Assembly (NCBI GenBank): GCA_965285935.1
Contig: OZ260667.1
Span: 16,368,001 to 16,432,000, forward strand
DNA length: 64,000 nucleotides
Direction of reading: 5' to 3'
Source of the DNA: Ophelia neglecta
Taxonomy: Eukaryota
Below the pieces are notes generated by a model that saw only the letters and a list, made by a program, of their open reading frames with translations, ran no database searches and was not told the origin of the DNA. Below are positions 51,701 through 62,830 of the stretch, in pieces. Position 1 is the first letter of the stretch. Each line of letters opens with the position of its first letter. Both the position numbers and the translations under genes were made by a program.

Positions 51701-54700
51701 ATATCTAATGGTTTTATAGCTCAATAATATCATATTTAGCTAAAAAATAGTTTAAAGTCTATTGATTGGAACATATATTGCTGGTTTCAAAATTACGTTT
51801 CAATATACGAAATAGATTTGAACATTAGCTAAATGGCCAATGCCTTTTAGTAACGTTAGTATCTCTATATCAGTAAAAAGGTGATATTTTTAAAGTTTTG
51901 TTTTTATATAACTTTTCACAGGAAAAGTAGGAGACAACTGCTCTCTACACACTGACTGCTCTGACGCCGTTGGTGATAGTTTTTGCGACAGTGGTTCCTG
52001 TGCCTGTGTGTACATGCACTTTTCCTCGATTGACAACACCTCGTGTTCGGTAAAGGAGCTGGGAGACTCCTGTACAGCAAGCGACCAATGTACCTTCAAT
52101 GTGGTAAACAGCACGTGTCTGAATGACACGTGTGTTTGTCCGTCAGGGTATTACAACGACCCCCTCACCGCGGACGCCTGCTATATGAGAGAGATTGGGG
52201 ACAACACGTGTACGGTCGATACCGACTGCAGCGACGCGGTCGGCAACAGCAACTGTACTAACGGGACCTGTCTGTGTCTGCCTGGTTTTTACCCTACTGA
52301 TAACAATACTGTATGTACCATTAGAACTCTCAGCGACGCATGCGTGTTAGATACCGACTGTTCGGGTGCCGTCAACGGTAGCGAATGTGTTTCCGGTGTG
52401 TGCCAGTGTATGTCCGGATACGAATTGACTGGAAACGGAACCACGTGTACACGGCGGCAGATAGGAGACGCATCATGTACCATCGAAACGGATTGTAGCG
52501 ACGCAGTGGCCAACAGTAACTGTACAGGCGGCGTCTGTACCTGTAATACCGGTTACCAGGTCAGCCCTGACAACACACACTGTATATTACGAAAAATTGG
52601 AGATTCTACATGTACAACGGAGTTAGACTGTAGCGCTGCGGTAGCCAACAGTAACTGTACGGCGGGAGCGTGCGAGTGTAACCCGGGCTACCTGGCCAGC
52701 CCAGATAATACCACGTGTGACAGGTTTATCATCGGCGGAAACATTAGCTGTGTCAGCGACACTCAGTGTCAGGACTCCGTACCCAACAGTTACTGTACGC
52801 CGGACGGTGTTTGTCAGTGTATTACCGGATATTATGTCAATGATGACGCCACCATGTGTACAGAGTTTACAATAGGCAACGGAGTGTGTACCAACAACAC
52901 GGAATGTGCCACGGCGGTGGGTAACAGCACTTGTGTGAATGGTTCCTGTGAGTGTATATCCGGGTTCTACCCCAGCCCTGACAACAGCTCTTGTATCCTG
53001 AGGACGATAGGGGACGCCTGTGTCGTCGACTCGGACTGTACAGACGCTGTATTGAACGCAGTGTGCATCGCAGGAATCTGTCAATGTGAAAGCGGATATC
53101 AGGTCAATATAAACGGAACAGAGTGCACGCTTCGACAAATCGGAGACGCTTCTTGCAGCACAGAAACGGATTGCAGCGATGCAGTGGCCAATAGTAACTG
53201 TACAGGCGGAGTGTGTGTCTGTAACCCCGGTTACCAGGTCAGTCCTAACAACACCGAGTGCATTTTACGGACCATAGGAGATTCCACATGTACAACGGAG
53301 TTTGACTGTAGCGCTGCAGTAGCCAACAGTAACTGTACGGCGGGAGCGTGCGTGTGTAACCCGGGCTACCTGGTCAGCCCCGACAATACCACGTGTGACA
53401 GGTTTATCATCGGCGGAAACATCAGCTGTGTCAGCGACACTCAGTGTCAGGACTCCGTACCCAACAGCTACTGTACGCCGGACGGCGTATGTCAGTGTAT
53501 TACCGGATATTATGTAAACGATGACGCCACCATGTGTACAGAGTTTACAATAGGCAACGGAGTGTGTACCAACAACACGGAATGTGCCACGGCGGTGGGT
53601 AACAGCACTTGTGTGAACGGTTCTTGTGAGTGTATATCCGGGTTCTACCCCAGCCCTGACAACAGCTCTTGTATCCTGAGGACGATAGGGGACGCCTGTG
53701 TCGTCGACTCGGACTGTACAGACGCTGTATTGAACGCAGTGTGCATCGCAGGAATCTGTCAATGTGAAAGCGGATATCAGGTCAATATAAACGGAACAGA
53801 GTGCACGCTTCGACAAATCGGAGACGCTTCTTGCAGCACAGAAACGGATTGCAGCGATGCAGTGGCCAATAGTAACTGTACAGGCGGAGTGTGTGTCTGT
53901 AACCCCGGTTACCAGGTCAGTCCTAACAACACCGAGTGCATTTTACGGACCATAGGAGAATCCATTTGTACAACGGAGTTAGACTGTAGCGCTGCAGTAG
54001 CCAACAGTAACTGTACGGCGGGAGAGTGCGAGTGTAACCCGGGCTACCTGGTCAGCCCCGACAATACCACGTGTGACAGGTTTATCATCGGCGGAAACAT
54101 CAGCTGTGTCAGCGACACTCAGTGTCAGGACTCCGTACCCAACAGCTACTGTACGCCGGACGGCGTATGTCAGTGTATTACCGGATATTATGTAAACGAT
54201 GACGCCACCATGTGTACAGAGTTTACAATAGGCAACGGAGTGTGTATCAATAACACGGAATGTGCCACGGCGGTGGGTAACAGCACTTGTGTGAACGGTT
54301 CCTGTGAGTGTATATCCGGGTTCTACCCCAGCCCTGACAACAGCTCTTGTATCCTGAGGACGATAGGGGACGCTTGTGTCGTCGACTCGGACTGTACAGA
54401 CGCTGTATTGAACGCAGTGTGCATCGCAGGAATCTGTCAATGTGAAAGCGGATATCAGGTCAATATAAACGGAACAGAGTGCACGCTTCGACAAATCGGA
54501 GACGCTTCTTGTAGTGCCCAGATAGACTGTAGCTCCGCAGTTAACAACAGCGACTGTGTGAACGGTACTTGTGAATGTGAACCTGGGTACCAGGTCAGCC
54601 CGGATAACACCCAGTGTATCCTACGAACCATTGGAACCAGTATCTGCTCGGAGGAGCTTGACTGCTCCGCCGCCGTGGCTAACAGTAACTGTACTAACGG

Positions 54701-57700
54701 CACTTGTAGCTGTCTTGAAGGCTTTTTTGTAAACCCAGATGGCACAGAATGCAACGGATTTGTAATTGGCGGTAACATGACCTGCTTCAACGACACACAA
54801 TGTGCCAACTCTGTGGTTAACAGTTACTGTGATGACACGGGTGAATGTCAGTGCCATCTCGGTTACTACCCCAACAACGAAGGCACGGTCTGTGTCACCT
54901 TCACCGTCGGCGCTCCCGGTATGTGTATAAACGAGACGGACTGCCAGTTGTCGGTAGGTAACAGCACGTGTGTGGCGGGGACGTGCGAATGTCTGCCAGG
55001 CTATCTGGCGAGTGCCGACAACACCACGTGTACCATCCGTACGGTAGGAGATTCCTGTACGGTAGCGGCCGACTGCTCAGCGGCTGTTAACTTCAGTACA
55101 TGTGTTGCCGGTATGTGTGAATGCGAATCCGGCTACCAAACTAGTCTCGATGGCAGTTCATGTGAACTTCGCCAGATAGGAGACGCAAGTTGTGCACTTG
55201 ACACGGATTGTAGCGATGCTGTCGCCAACAGTAACTGTAATAATGGTACGTGCGAATGTAACCCAGGCTTTGTCGTCAGCCCGGACAATACTCAGTGTAT
55301 CCTACGACAGATAGGGGGCGCCATGTGTACTACGGAGCTCGACTGCTCAGCAGCTGTCACCAACAGCAACTGTACTGGTGGGGTGTGTGCTTGTCTCCCG
55401 GGCTATCAAGTGGACGCCACGAATACCATATGTAACCTAATCTCAGTCGGGGGGAACGCCACGTGCGCCAGCGACGCTGATTGTACCGCCTTCATACCAA
55501 ACAGTTACTGCGACGCCAGCGGCGACTGTCAGTGTCTTAACGGACACTACTCCACAAACGGGGGGACCGATTGCACTGCTTACACGATAGGGGGCGGTGG
55601 TGGTTGTACCTTGACCTCTCAGTGTTTGGCAGTTATAAGTAACAGTCAGTGTACAGCAGGGTCTTGTGAATGCGAGCCTGGGTACTATGCTGATCCCACT
55701 AATACCACTTGCACTCAACGTACCATTGGAGACGCGTGTACAGTTGACGCCGATTGTTACAGTGCAGTGCCACATTCGGCCTGTGTTGGGGGGACCTGTC
55801 AGTGTGACACGGGCTATGTACTTAATGGCACCGCTTGTGAACCTCGTGAATTAGGTGACGCCTGCTCCACCAACGCGGACTGTAGTGGAGTAATGACCGG
55901 AAGCGAGTGTGTTGCCGGGGTATGCCAGTGCCAAGTGGGATATACATCGAACGCAGGAAGCACCGGATGTACAATAAACACCGTTAACTCTGCTTGCACC
56001 GTTCCAAATGACTGTATAGCTGTCATCGTTAACTCTAACTGCACCTCTGGATCCTGTTCCTGTAACCCTGGCTTCGCCCCTAACATTGCAGGTACCGCCT
56101 GCTCACTATACCCACTAGGTTCCACCTGCAGTTTATCATCTCAGTGTGCCACAACGACACCTAACTCCGACTGTCCGGCGTCAGGAACCTGCACCTGTAA
56201 ACTTGGATATACCACGAGTAACGGCACGTGTACCCTGCTCACTACCGGCGGTCCGTGTACTTCCTCTGCACAGTGTGCTGCTGCCATGCCCGGAGGAGTG
56301 TGCGTGGCTGGAGTGTGCGTGTGTGGGTCTGGATACCGTCAGGTCGGGACCACTTGCACCGTCAACCAGCCAGGGGATCCATGTGTTGACAATACAGACT
56401 GCGTGGCCATTAATAACAGCATATGTGAGGGCGGGTCATGCAAATGTAAAACAGGTTGGTTTATCATTTTACACAAGATATTGATGCTCGACAACATCCT
56501 TATCAAAATCATATCCGTTGAATTATACCAAGCCATTGTCGTTATCATTTTGAAATTCGCTAAATTTGAATACTTACCCTTTAAACCTTTGTTACATTAG
56601 GTTACGATCAGACGACTTCCGGTCAGTGTACGAAAAAGACGCCTTCCAGCAAATGCGCAGACGACAATGAGTGCGCTGTATTTGGGGGTGTCTGCGGCTC
56701 AGCCGGAAGTTGTGAGTGTCCTGCTGACAAAACTTATACCAACGGAACATGTGGTAGGTTCGCATTTAAACTGTTCAATTATTAAGATTCATCGTGAACA
56801 TTTATTTGAGCGTTAACTGCACGAAGGGATTCCGTGCATTTTTTTCACGTAATCCAGTTGTTTACTCTTGTGTCCGGTTTTTTCAGGGAGTGCTGGGACG
56901 GGTAGTTCGTACGTACCATTTTGGATTCCATTTGGGGCATTTTCTTACCGAAGTTCGGGGGTCGTGCTTAACATAAAGAATCAACTTAGAACTTGATATC
57001 TTTCTCCTTAAGACGTATGTGACAAGCATTAAGAATCCAGCTACATGTATATGATATTGTTGATAACATACTCGACGCTTAATTTTTCAGGTGCGAAAGT
57101 CTGATCTGCAAATATCCATGGATAAGTAAGGATTGATCCATTATTAATCATATCAAAATACAAAAAACGCAATTCGTAACAAAAACCGAAATTTGACTAT
57201 CGTAGCCTTCCGGGGAAATGCATTTGTAAAACATTGTCTATGATTTTCCAAGTACGATATGTCAATAACCTTATGTTTGAAGTCTTTCAGAGGTAAAATG
57301 GTCGTAATTAGTAAGTTTGCGCATGTTTCGTTTTTCAGTTGCACTCATTATCCTGGGCGTGTTGCTTATCGCATTGGCTGCTTTACTCTATTGCTGCAGA
57401 AAACGCCTATGGAAGTTGTGCAAGAGAAGAAAGAAAAAAACGTAACATTTTAAAGATCTATTAAAAATACAAACATTTGATTATGACATTTATTCACTTT
57501 GACCGGTGGAAATATAATCTATCCTTACTTTACGCATATGGGCCTATTATATAGATTTATCAATTTACGTATTTCGCTTACATTCTTAAAAACGTTTTCA
57601 AATAACTTGAAAAAAGTATAAAATGAATCTATAACTTAACTTGTGGCCGTTGAACACCATTGTGTTTGCTTTGCATGTCCGAGGGAAAGCATTCCAGCGT

Positions 57701-58588
57701 CGAAAGCATTCGTTGGATTGTATAACCATTACTGGAATTTTACATTTAAAATTTCTCTGTGACAGGCGTTCGGTCAAGCCTTACTCGGACAAGGACAAAT
57801 TCAAGTTTAACTGGGATAAACAGGCGCCGGGTTCACTTCCGGTCATGTACGAGGCAGCCGAACTCAAGCCCCCGGATGACGTGGATGGTAGGCATAAACA
57901 GGCTCGATGTTCGCGCATCTTGCGACAATGAATACTTTAGGAATAATACTACTTTTAGCATTTACACCAAATGGAAACATTGTGATCCCCTTTGAAACTG
58001 TTTTCGTTGTCCGCATTTTAGCTATGGATGCGTGTACTGTCGCTCTCCGGCCTCCGGGTCTGGGGCCCCCGGTCACTCTTCGGCATGCATTTACCTAAAC
58101 AACTTATCATTATCTAGTTTGCTTGTATGCTGGCAATCTTTTGTTTGTTTTTCATTTCTTGATGTTAGTTTGTATTTGTATACATAATGTTTTTGCACTC
58201 GTAACCCATGCCAAGGAAGTCCAGTATCTACAGCGCCGGTCATTTCTGGCGTCCCGCTAGTTATAATTACCAAATAAAAGGATTCATTTATTCAAAATAA
58301 ATTTTAAGTAATAATAATATTATTACAACTAGCACAATAGACGCCAAAACTATGCTTAAATATAATAAATACTAATGAATGACTTTCGTGTTAAATATAT
58401 TAATTAGAAGTACTAACATATATGGTATACTATGATGTCCGGCCAGTTAACAGTGAAACACACTTTTCCTTTTAATTGCAGGTATTGTATTCAAAGACAG
58501 CAGCTTCTTAAATGGACCGGAAGTTTTCAATGGGACGTCGACATTTTCGCCAGGGAATACTGGAAAATTACCGAAAATTGATAACTAG
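48615..58588 (+). CDS. Paralogue B: type-I membrane protein, SP + 2 LDLa-like + 38 six-Cys EB/EGF-like modules + TM + tail, ~1966 aa; join(48615-48720, 48995-49105, 49281-49436, 49586-49765, 50911-51054, 51539-51667, 51922-56454, 56601-56753, 56887-56908, 57091-57125, 57339-57441, 57766-57887, 58482-58588)
   Basis: Exons sum to 5901 nt, open to TAG at 58586-58588; all introns GT-AG; exon-by-exon homology to gene A. Confidence 0.87.
48995..49105 (+). CDS. Gene B exon 2, LDLa-like module 1
   Basis: [33 protein letters not shown]. Confidence 0.9.
49281..49436 (+). CDS. Gene B exon 3, LDLa-like module 2
   Basis: WCPKDTDASGTEYWQFHCHYGLDVCHVIVPGLIPILDGTPVCEDKSDE. Confidence 0.88.
49586..49765 (+). 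CDS. Gene B exon 4, Cys-rich module
   Basis: KIVGSIC...CHDWVADSEC...ICYCSLGY...TCTK. Confidence 0.88.
50911..51054 (+). CDS. Gene B exon 5, Cys-rich module
   Basis: VLGDPCPD...DC...CRGTPSTCECQYGWY...CVK. Confidence 0.88.
51539..51667 (+). CDS. Gene B exon 6, Cys-rich module
   Basis: ELHDNCTINQDCYPAVADSNCTNNECLCNSGWME...CTK. Confidence 0.88.
51922..56454 (+). CDS. Gene B giant exon 7: 34 tandem six-Cys modules
   Basis: ORF 52008-56600; acceptor ttttcacag| at 51921; donor ACAG|GTTGGT at 56455. Confidence 0.94.
52600..54511 (+). repeat. Near-identical coding tandem repeat, 678-bp period (~2.8 copies), inside gene B exon 7
   Basis: Landmark caggtttatcatcggcgg recurs at 52721, 53399 and 54077. 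Confidence 0.95.
56601..56753 (+). CDS. Gene B exon 8, last Cys module
   Basis: GYDQTTSGQCTKKTPSSKCADDNECAVFGGVCGSAGSCECP...TC. Confidence 0.85.
56887..57125 (+). CDS. Gene B micro-exons 9 (56887-56908) and 10 (57091-57125)
   Basis: GSAGTGSS|CESLICKYPWI; phases 1-2 and 2-1 as in A. Confidence 0.75.
57339..57441 (+). CDS. Gene B exon 11, transmembrane helix
   Basis: IALIILGVLLIALAALLYCC followed by RKRLWKLCKRRKKK. Confidence 0.9.
57766..57887 (+). CDS. Gene B exon 12, cytoplasmic tail
   Basis: RSVKPYSDKDKFKFNWDKQAPGSLPVMYEAAELKPPDDVD. Confidence 0.87.
58482..58588 (+). CDS. Gene B terminal exon
   Basis: GIVFKDSSFLNGPEV...PKIDN*; homologous to the terminal exon of A. Confidence 0.85.
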
Positions 58589-61500
58589 AATAACCTGTGA
58601 TCTCATTTACTGCATATCATTTATGAGTAGCTACACTTTGGCGCCCATTCCTTATATATGTATCCAGTCCAAGTAGAGGTATAGGATGTTCTTTCACATC
58701 GCTTTCTTAAGTTTACTTTACTCGGAGAATCAAGGTGCTCGCTCGGACAGGGTTTGTACCAAGTACCTATGTCCTGTTGGACCCCATAAACACGTGAATG
58801 GCACTATGTCTTAAATGAGTGCTGATTACAAGGAATATTTTAGTATGATATTGTGACATTTATTTCGAACATATTGCTGTTGCTTACAGTTCAACCAATA
58901 TATAGTTAATTTAACCAAGCATATCAACATGTCATCGGAATAGAAATGGGGCTTTTTTAACTCCACGGTTTAGAGTTTTATTCACAAACATTATCTGGTA
59001 TATCCTCTTCAGACTCGTATAACCGTTAGATTGAAGCCGGCGACCAGCACGCCTATTGGACGCCAAGTACGTTTGTTATGTAAATAATAACGGACAAACC
59101 ACTCCAGCAGACTTGCAGTTTGGAATGGGAACGTAAATTTTGTTACTCCCTTTCCTCTTGTTTATATAAAAAATAGTATGAATAGCTCTATGAAACATTT
59201 CATGCACTTGGGTTGAATAAGGATGAGCGTATCATAGGTATTGCTGTGAACAATATATAATTATATACGTGTATGTATCAAATTGATTCCTATAGACGTG
59301 TCACTCCAAATGTGAGACACGTTCTTAGCAGTCTTTTTTAGAATTATTGTTTATTTGAGCCTTAGCATTACATTTTTCATGCATTTATTGTCTATACATT
59401 TGACTCTATGAATCACAAAAGTGTGTAATATAATTATTTCAACTTTGTTAATTGCAGATACAAATGTTTATAATGAATCAAGACTTGTTAAGATTAATAA
59501 CTTAGTGAGAAGGACTATTTAAGGCTGGTTTAGACAAGTGTCGTTGATGAGGGCAGTTTGAATTAGGCGTGTCCATTGGGTTAAAGTTTTGTATATATAT
59601 TTTTTCTAAATAAAAACATTTAGCAGGCAGACTCAAGACAACGGTGATGGTAACATCGATTTTTTATGATCAAACTTCATTCCAAAGCATACTTCCATCA
59701 CCTGCAATAACCATACACTTTTAATCTGGTTTGGAAATTGTTGCTCCCTGGTGCTCGAAAGCGACACCTTCAACTTATGATTAACTTATTTAGTTTGTCT
59801 CAATAAAATAATAAAATAAATAGCGTCTTAATTGTGACCTTTGTTGACAATTCTTACTTATAAGGCGTTAACGTAGATATTAATGGAGCCCTACATAAAT
59901 TAATGTCAAACACCACGGATATATGTATTGCACTATTTATTTGCGGAAAAAGCCCGCCAACTGTGCGGAATTATCTGTTTATGTTTAACTTATCTTAGCC
60001 CGTCTGTGTAATAATAAATAAATTCCAAACCCTGAATATACCTATGGCAACAATGTTAACCAATATGTCGATACCCAGTTACCTGCATGTTTTATGGTAC
60101 AATATTTTAAAAACCAATATCCTGAAGAAAAACGATTACAACTTCTATTATTGTTTATAGGCGTAGAGGCCTATCGTGGACACCAAGGAGAATTCAAAAC
60201 ATAACCTCCCCTCGGGATAAAAGGGAAGCCCCTATAAATTACCTGCGCTGACCATTGTCCGAGCCTCGTTTGTCAAGATCGCGTGACCTTGAACTTATGT
60301 ACAACTTATACACTTGAGTTCAAACTGTTTGCGTTCGGATGTTGATTTTAGGTAAATCCACAATTTCCCGGGATATTTATTAGCAGAATTTAATACCTGC
60401 CTTTCGGGATGAGTGTATTTCATAGGTGAGCTACCTCAAGGCCTTTTTTACTCTGCCATTAATAACAGTAAACGCCATAAGGAATAGCTGCTGCGAATGA
60501 CCAACTTCTGTTTACGTTTAATTCTGGACTTTGCAGATAGTCCTTCATTTAATATTGATGCAAGTAAAATTAGATGTGTCTCCAAGGTGATGGCGAGTTT
60601 TGATTATTGTGATTGATCAACTTAGATAGTACCTATCTATAGGTAGGCCCTACCTGTATAAAGAAATGAAAATGCAATTCCGGATGTGTATGTAAAAGTG
60701 TGTAATTAATCGTCTTTGGGGCGAGTCTCACAGTCTTTTTTATTAACCCCTTACCCTCTTTTTCGGTGTGTCCCTCCCCCCCCCCCCAGTCCATCGATCT
60801 TTGACATCCCACCTTTAGATACTGGCTCTACCCCGTCCCTCGAACGCCCGCCCGTCGGCTCATGTTTTCCCTCGACCTACCGGTATACTTTTCTTCGACC
60901 TATACTTTCCTTCCTCGACATCATATATATAACCTCCACATACTTCAGGCGTTGTAATTGAAGCCTGGATGTGGAAGTCAGCGGAGGGGGGTGGGGCTTT
61001 AAGAGTTCGACCTTCAAAATAAATAAACATAATTGAATGAGGCCTTGGTGAATTGGTAAAGATCGAGACGTTTATATCGCGTATGCAGGATGTAATTTGG
61101 GCAGAAATTGATTTTTCCTCGCAGAAAGTATGCAGAATACAAACAAATTCATCTTTCGTTTTTGTTCCTTTTATCTTATTTCATTTCATTTCACTTTGGC
61201 CCATTGCATTATGACATTATCTGACCATGATATGTGTAATTGTATTATTGTTGTCTGTCCAGTGCAGATATCCAGTCTGTATGGTTTTTGACCCCTGGTT
61301 TCTGCGATCCGTTGTTTCAGGTCACCGAGCCAATCTCTACCCACTCTGCTGTGTCCAGGCGTCACGGCCTATATGAAACGCAATTCACAAACATGCTGAT
61401 AGAATCAACATTATTGTTTAATTGAGACAGGACTCTCAAGTAAGTTTTTCATTTATATGATCAGACCATAAATGGTAGGAACTTTGGTTAGCGTCCCAGC

Positions 61501-62009
61501 AGTATTTAAAAACACACAAACAGAGCCCCCAAGAGCTAAACGGATATATTATTTCGTGGCTTTAAAACATTTAAGAATAAAGCTGATTTATGCATGGACT
61601 CCATCACCGAGTCCAACTTAAAAAAAACCAATTCTACGCTTGGGACTTATTACTGTATTGCAGTATTGAATCAAAACTTTAACCAGCTGGCTTCACAAGT
61701 TTATCAGCGAATTACACATGCTTTTTGGGAATTGTATCAATTGATATTTGAGAGAAAAAGTTCAATAAGTTAAGGAAAAATTGAAAGCCAAGTCAATAGG
61801 CGCGCGTGGACGCTAGTCTACTTTTCATCTCGGGACAAATAAATTGTACAAAAGGTCATTCATACAACAAAACGTCCACATCTTATTTAGACAAAAGTTG
61901 TTTTTGGGAAAAAGTTTTAATTAGAAAAAGTATTATGCGGTTTTTTTTATTGGTTATATTATTATTACGAAATTGGGTTTATTCGAAAACATGTATATAA
62001 ATATATATA

Positions 62010-62047
62010 TAGAGAGACGGAGAGTGAGGAGAGAGAGGGAGAGAGAG
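62010..62047. repeat. (GA)n-rich microsatellite preceded by (TA)n
   Basis: Read directly from the sequence. Confidence 0.8.
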
Positions 62048-62325
62048 CAGCCAGATAAATATTTCCGTCCCGGGAGCTATCAGTAGCCCATGATCTCCTG
62101 TATCTTGGCCAGGACACAGGTGTATTTTTGTTTATCCACATTTAAGTTTCTTTACTTTTTATTCTTTTTTTTTCTACCACAGTTCCCGCGAGTTCATTTT
62201 CATGTCTAGCTTTATGGTTTCAATAAGTTACTTGTTTATACTATCTGCTGAATGTATTTTTTGTTCGTATTGTTTACATTATGTTTGCAAGCTCACTTAT
62301 AATTGAAGGAATACAGTTAATAATA

Positions 62326-62480
62326 ATTATCCTGCTTTGCCCTACAGTTAAAACCATTCTGTGTGATATTATCCTACTTTACCTTACATTCAGAACCAAT
62401 TTGTGTAGTATTATCCTACTTTAACCTACTGTTAGAACCATTCTGTGTGTTTTCCTTCGTCCCCCTATTGAGAACCATTA
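62326..62480. repeat. 42-bp minisatellite, ~3.5 copies
   Basis: attatcct(a/g)cttt...a(g/a)aacca at 62326, 62368 and 62410. Confidence 0.85.
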
Positions 62481-62676
62481 ATATGCATGCTAATAAAAAT
62501 AACACAATTCTGCCACTAACAGATAAAATACACCCAATTAAGGATACTTCAGAACCATTCTCTGTGGTGCCGCCCATTCTACTGTTGTCACTTTATCACT
62601 TAGAGAGGGTTTTTCGGACCCGATAACGATTATTAGTCCCTCGTAATGGACCCTTCTTTACATGGATTGCCCCACT

Positions 62677-62830
62677 GACTATATGTGACTGGGTGTGGTA
62701 CCCTGTCTGGCGTCTACGTCAGGTACTGCAGGGGAGGGGGGAGGGGGGGGGGCTCACCACTGCCACACGTAGACACTGTGGCGATATGACCATGCCTTAA
62801 AAGCCGTTCAAAACCCTAAAAAAGAAACCT
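62677..62830 (+). mobile_element. SINE remnant (resembles the body and 3' tail of mollusc tRNA-derived Meta-type SINEs)
   Basis: atgtgactgggtg...cactgccacacgtagacactgtggcgatatgacc...aaaagccgttcaaaaccctaaaaaagaaa; family recognised from memory only. Confidence 0.45.

Noticed and set aside
40202-56454. Assignment as LRP/megalin, Notch, fibrillin, tenascin or MEGF10
   Set aside because: No YWTD, Ca-EGF consensus, ankyrin, FN3/FBG or NPxY; module spacing differs.
52289-56548. Repeated antisense ORFs (MSKRALCSVY..., three copies) and other ORFs overlapping the giant exons
   Set aside because: Shadows of the Cys-rich sense exon and its 678-bp repeat; no independent coding signature.
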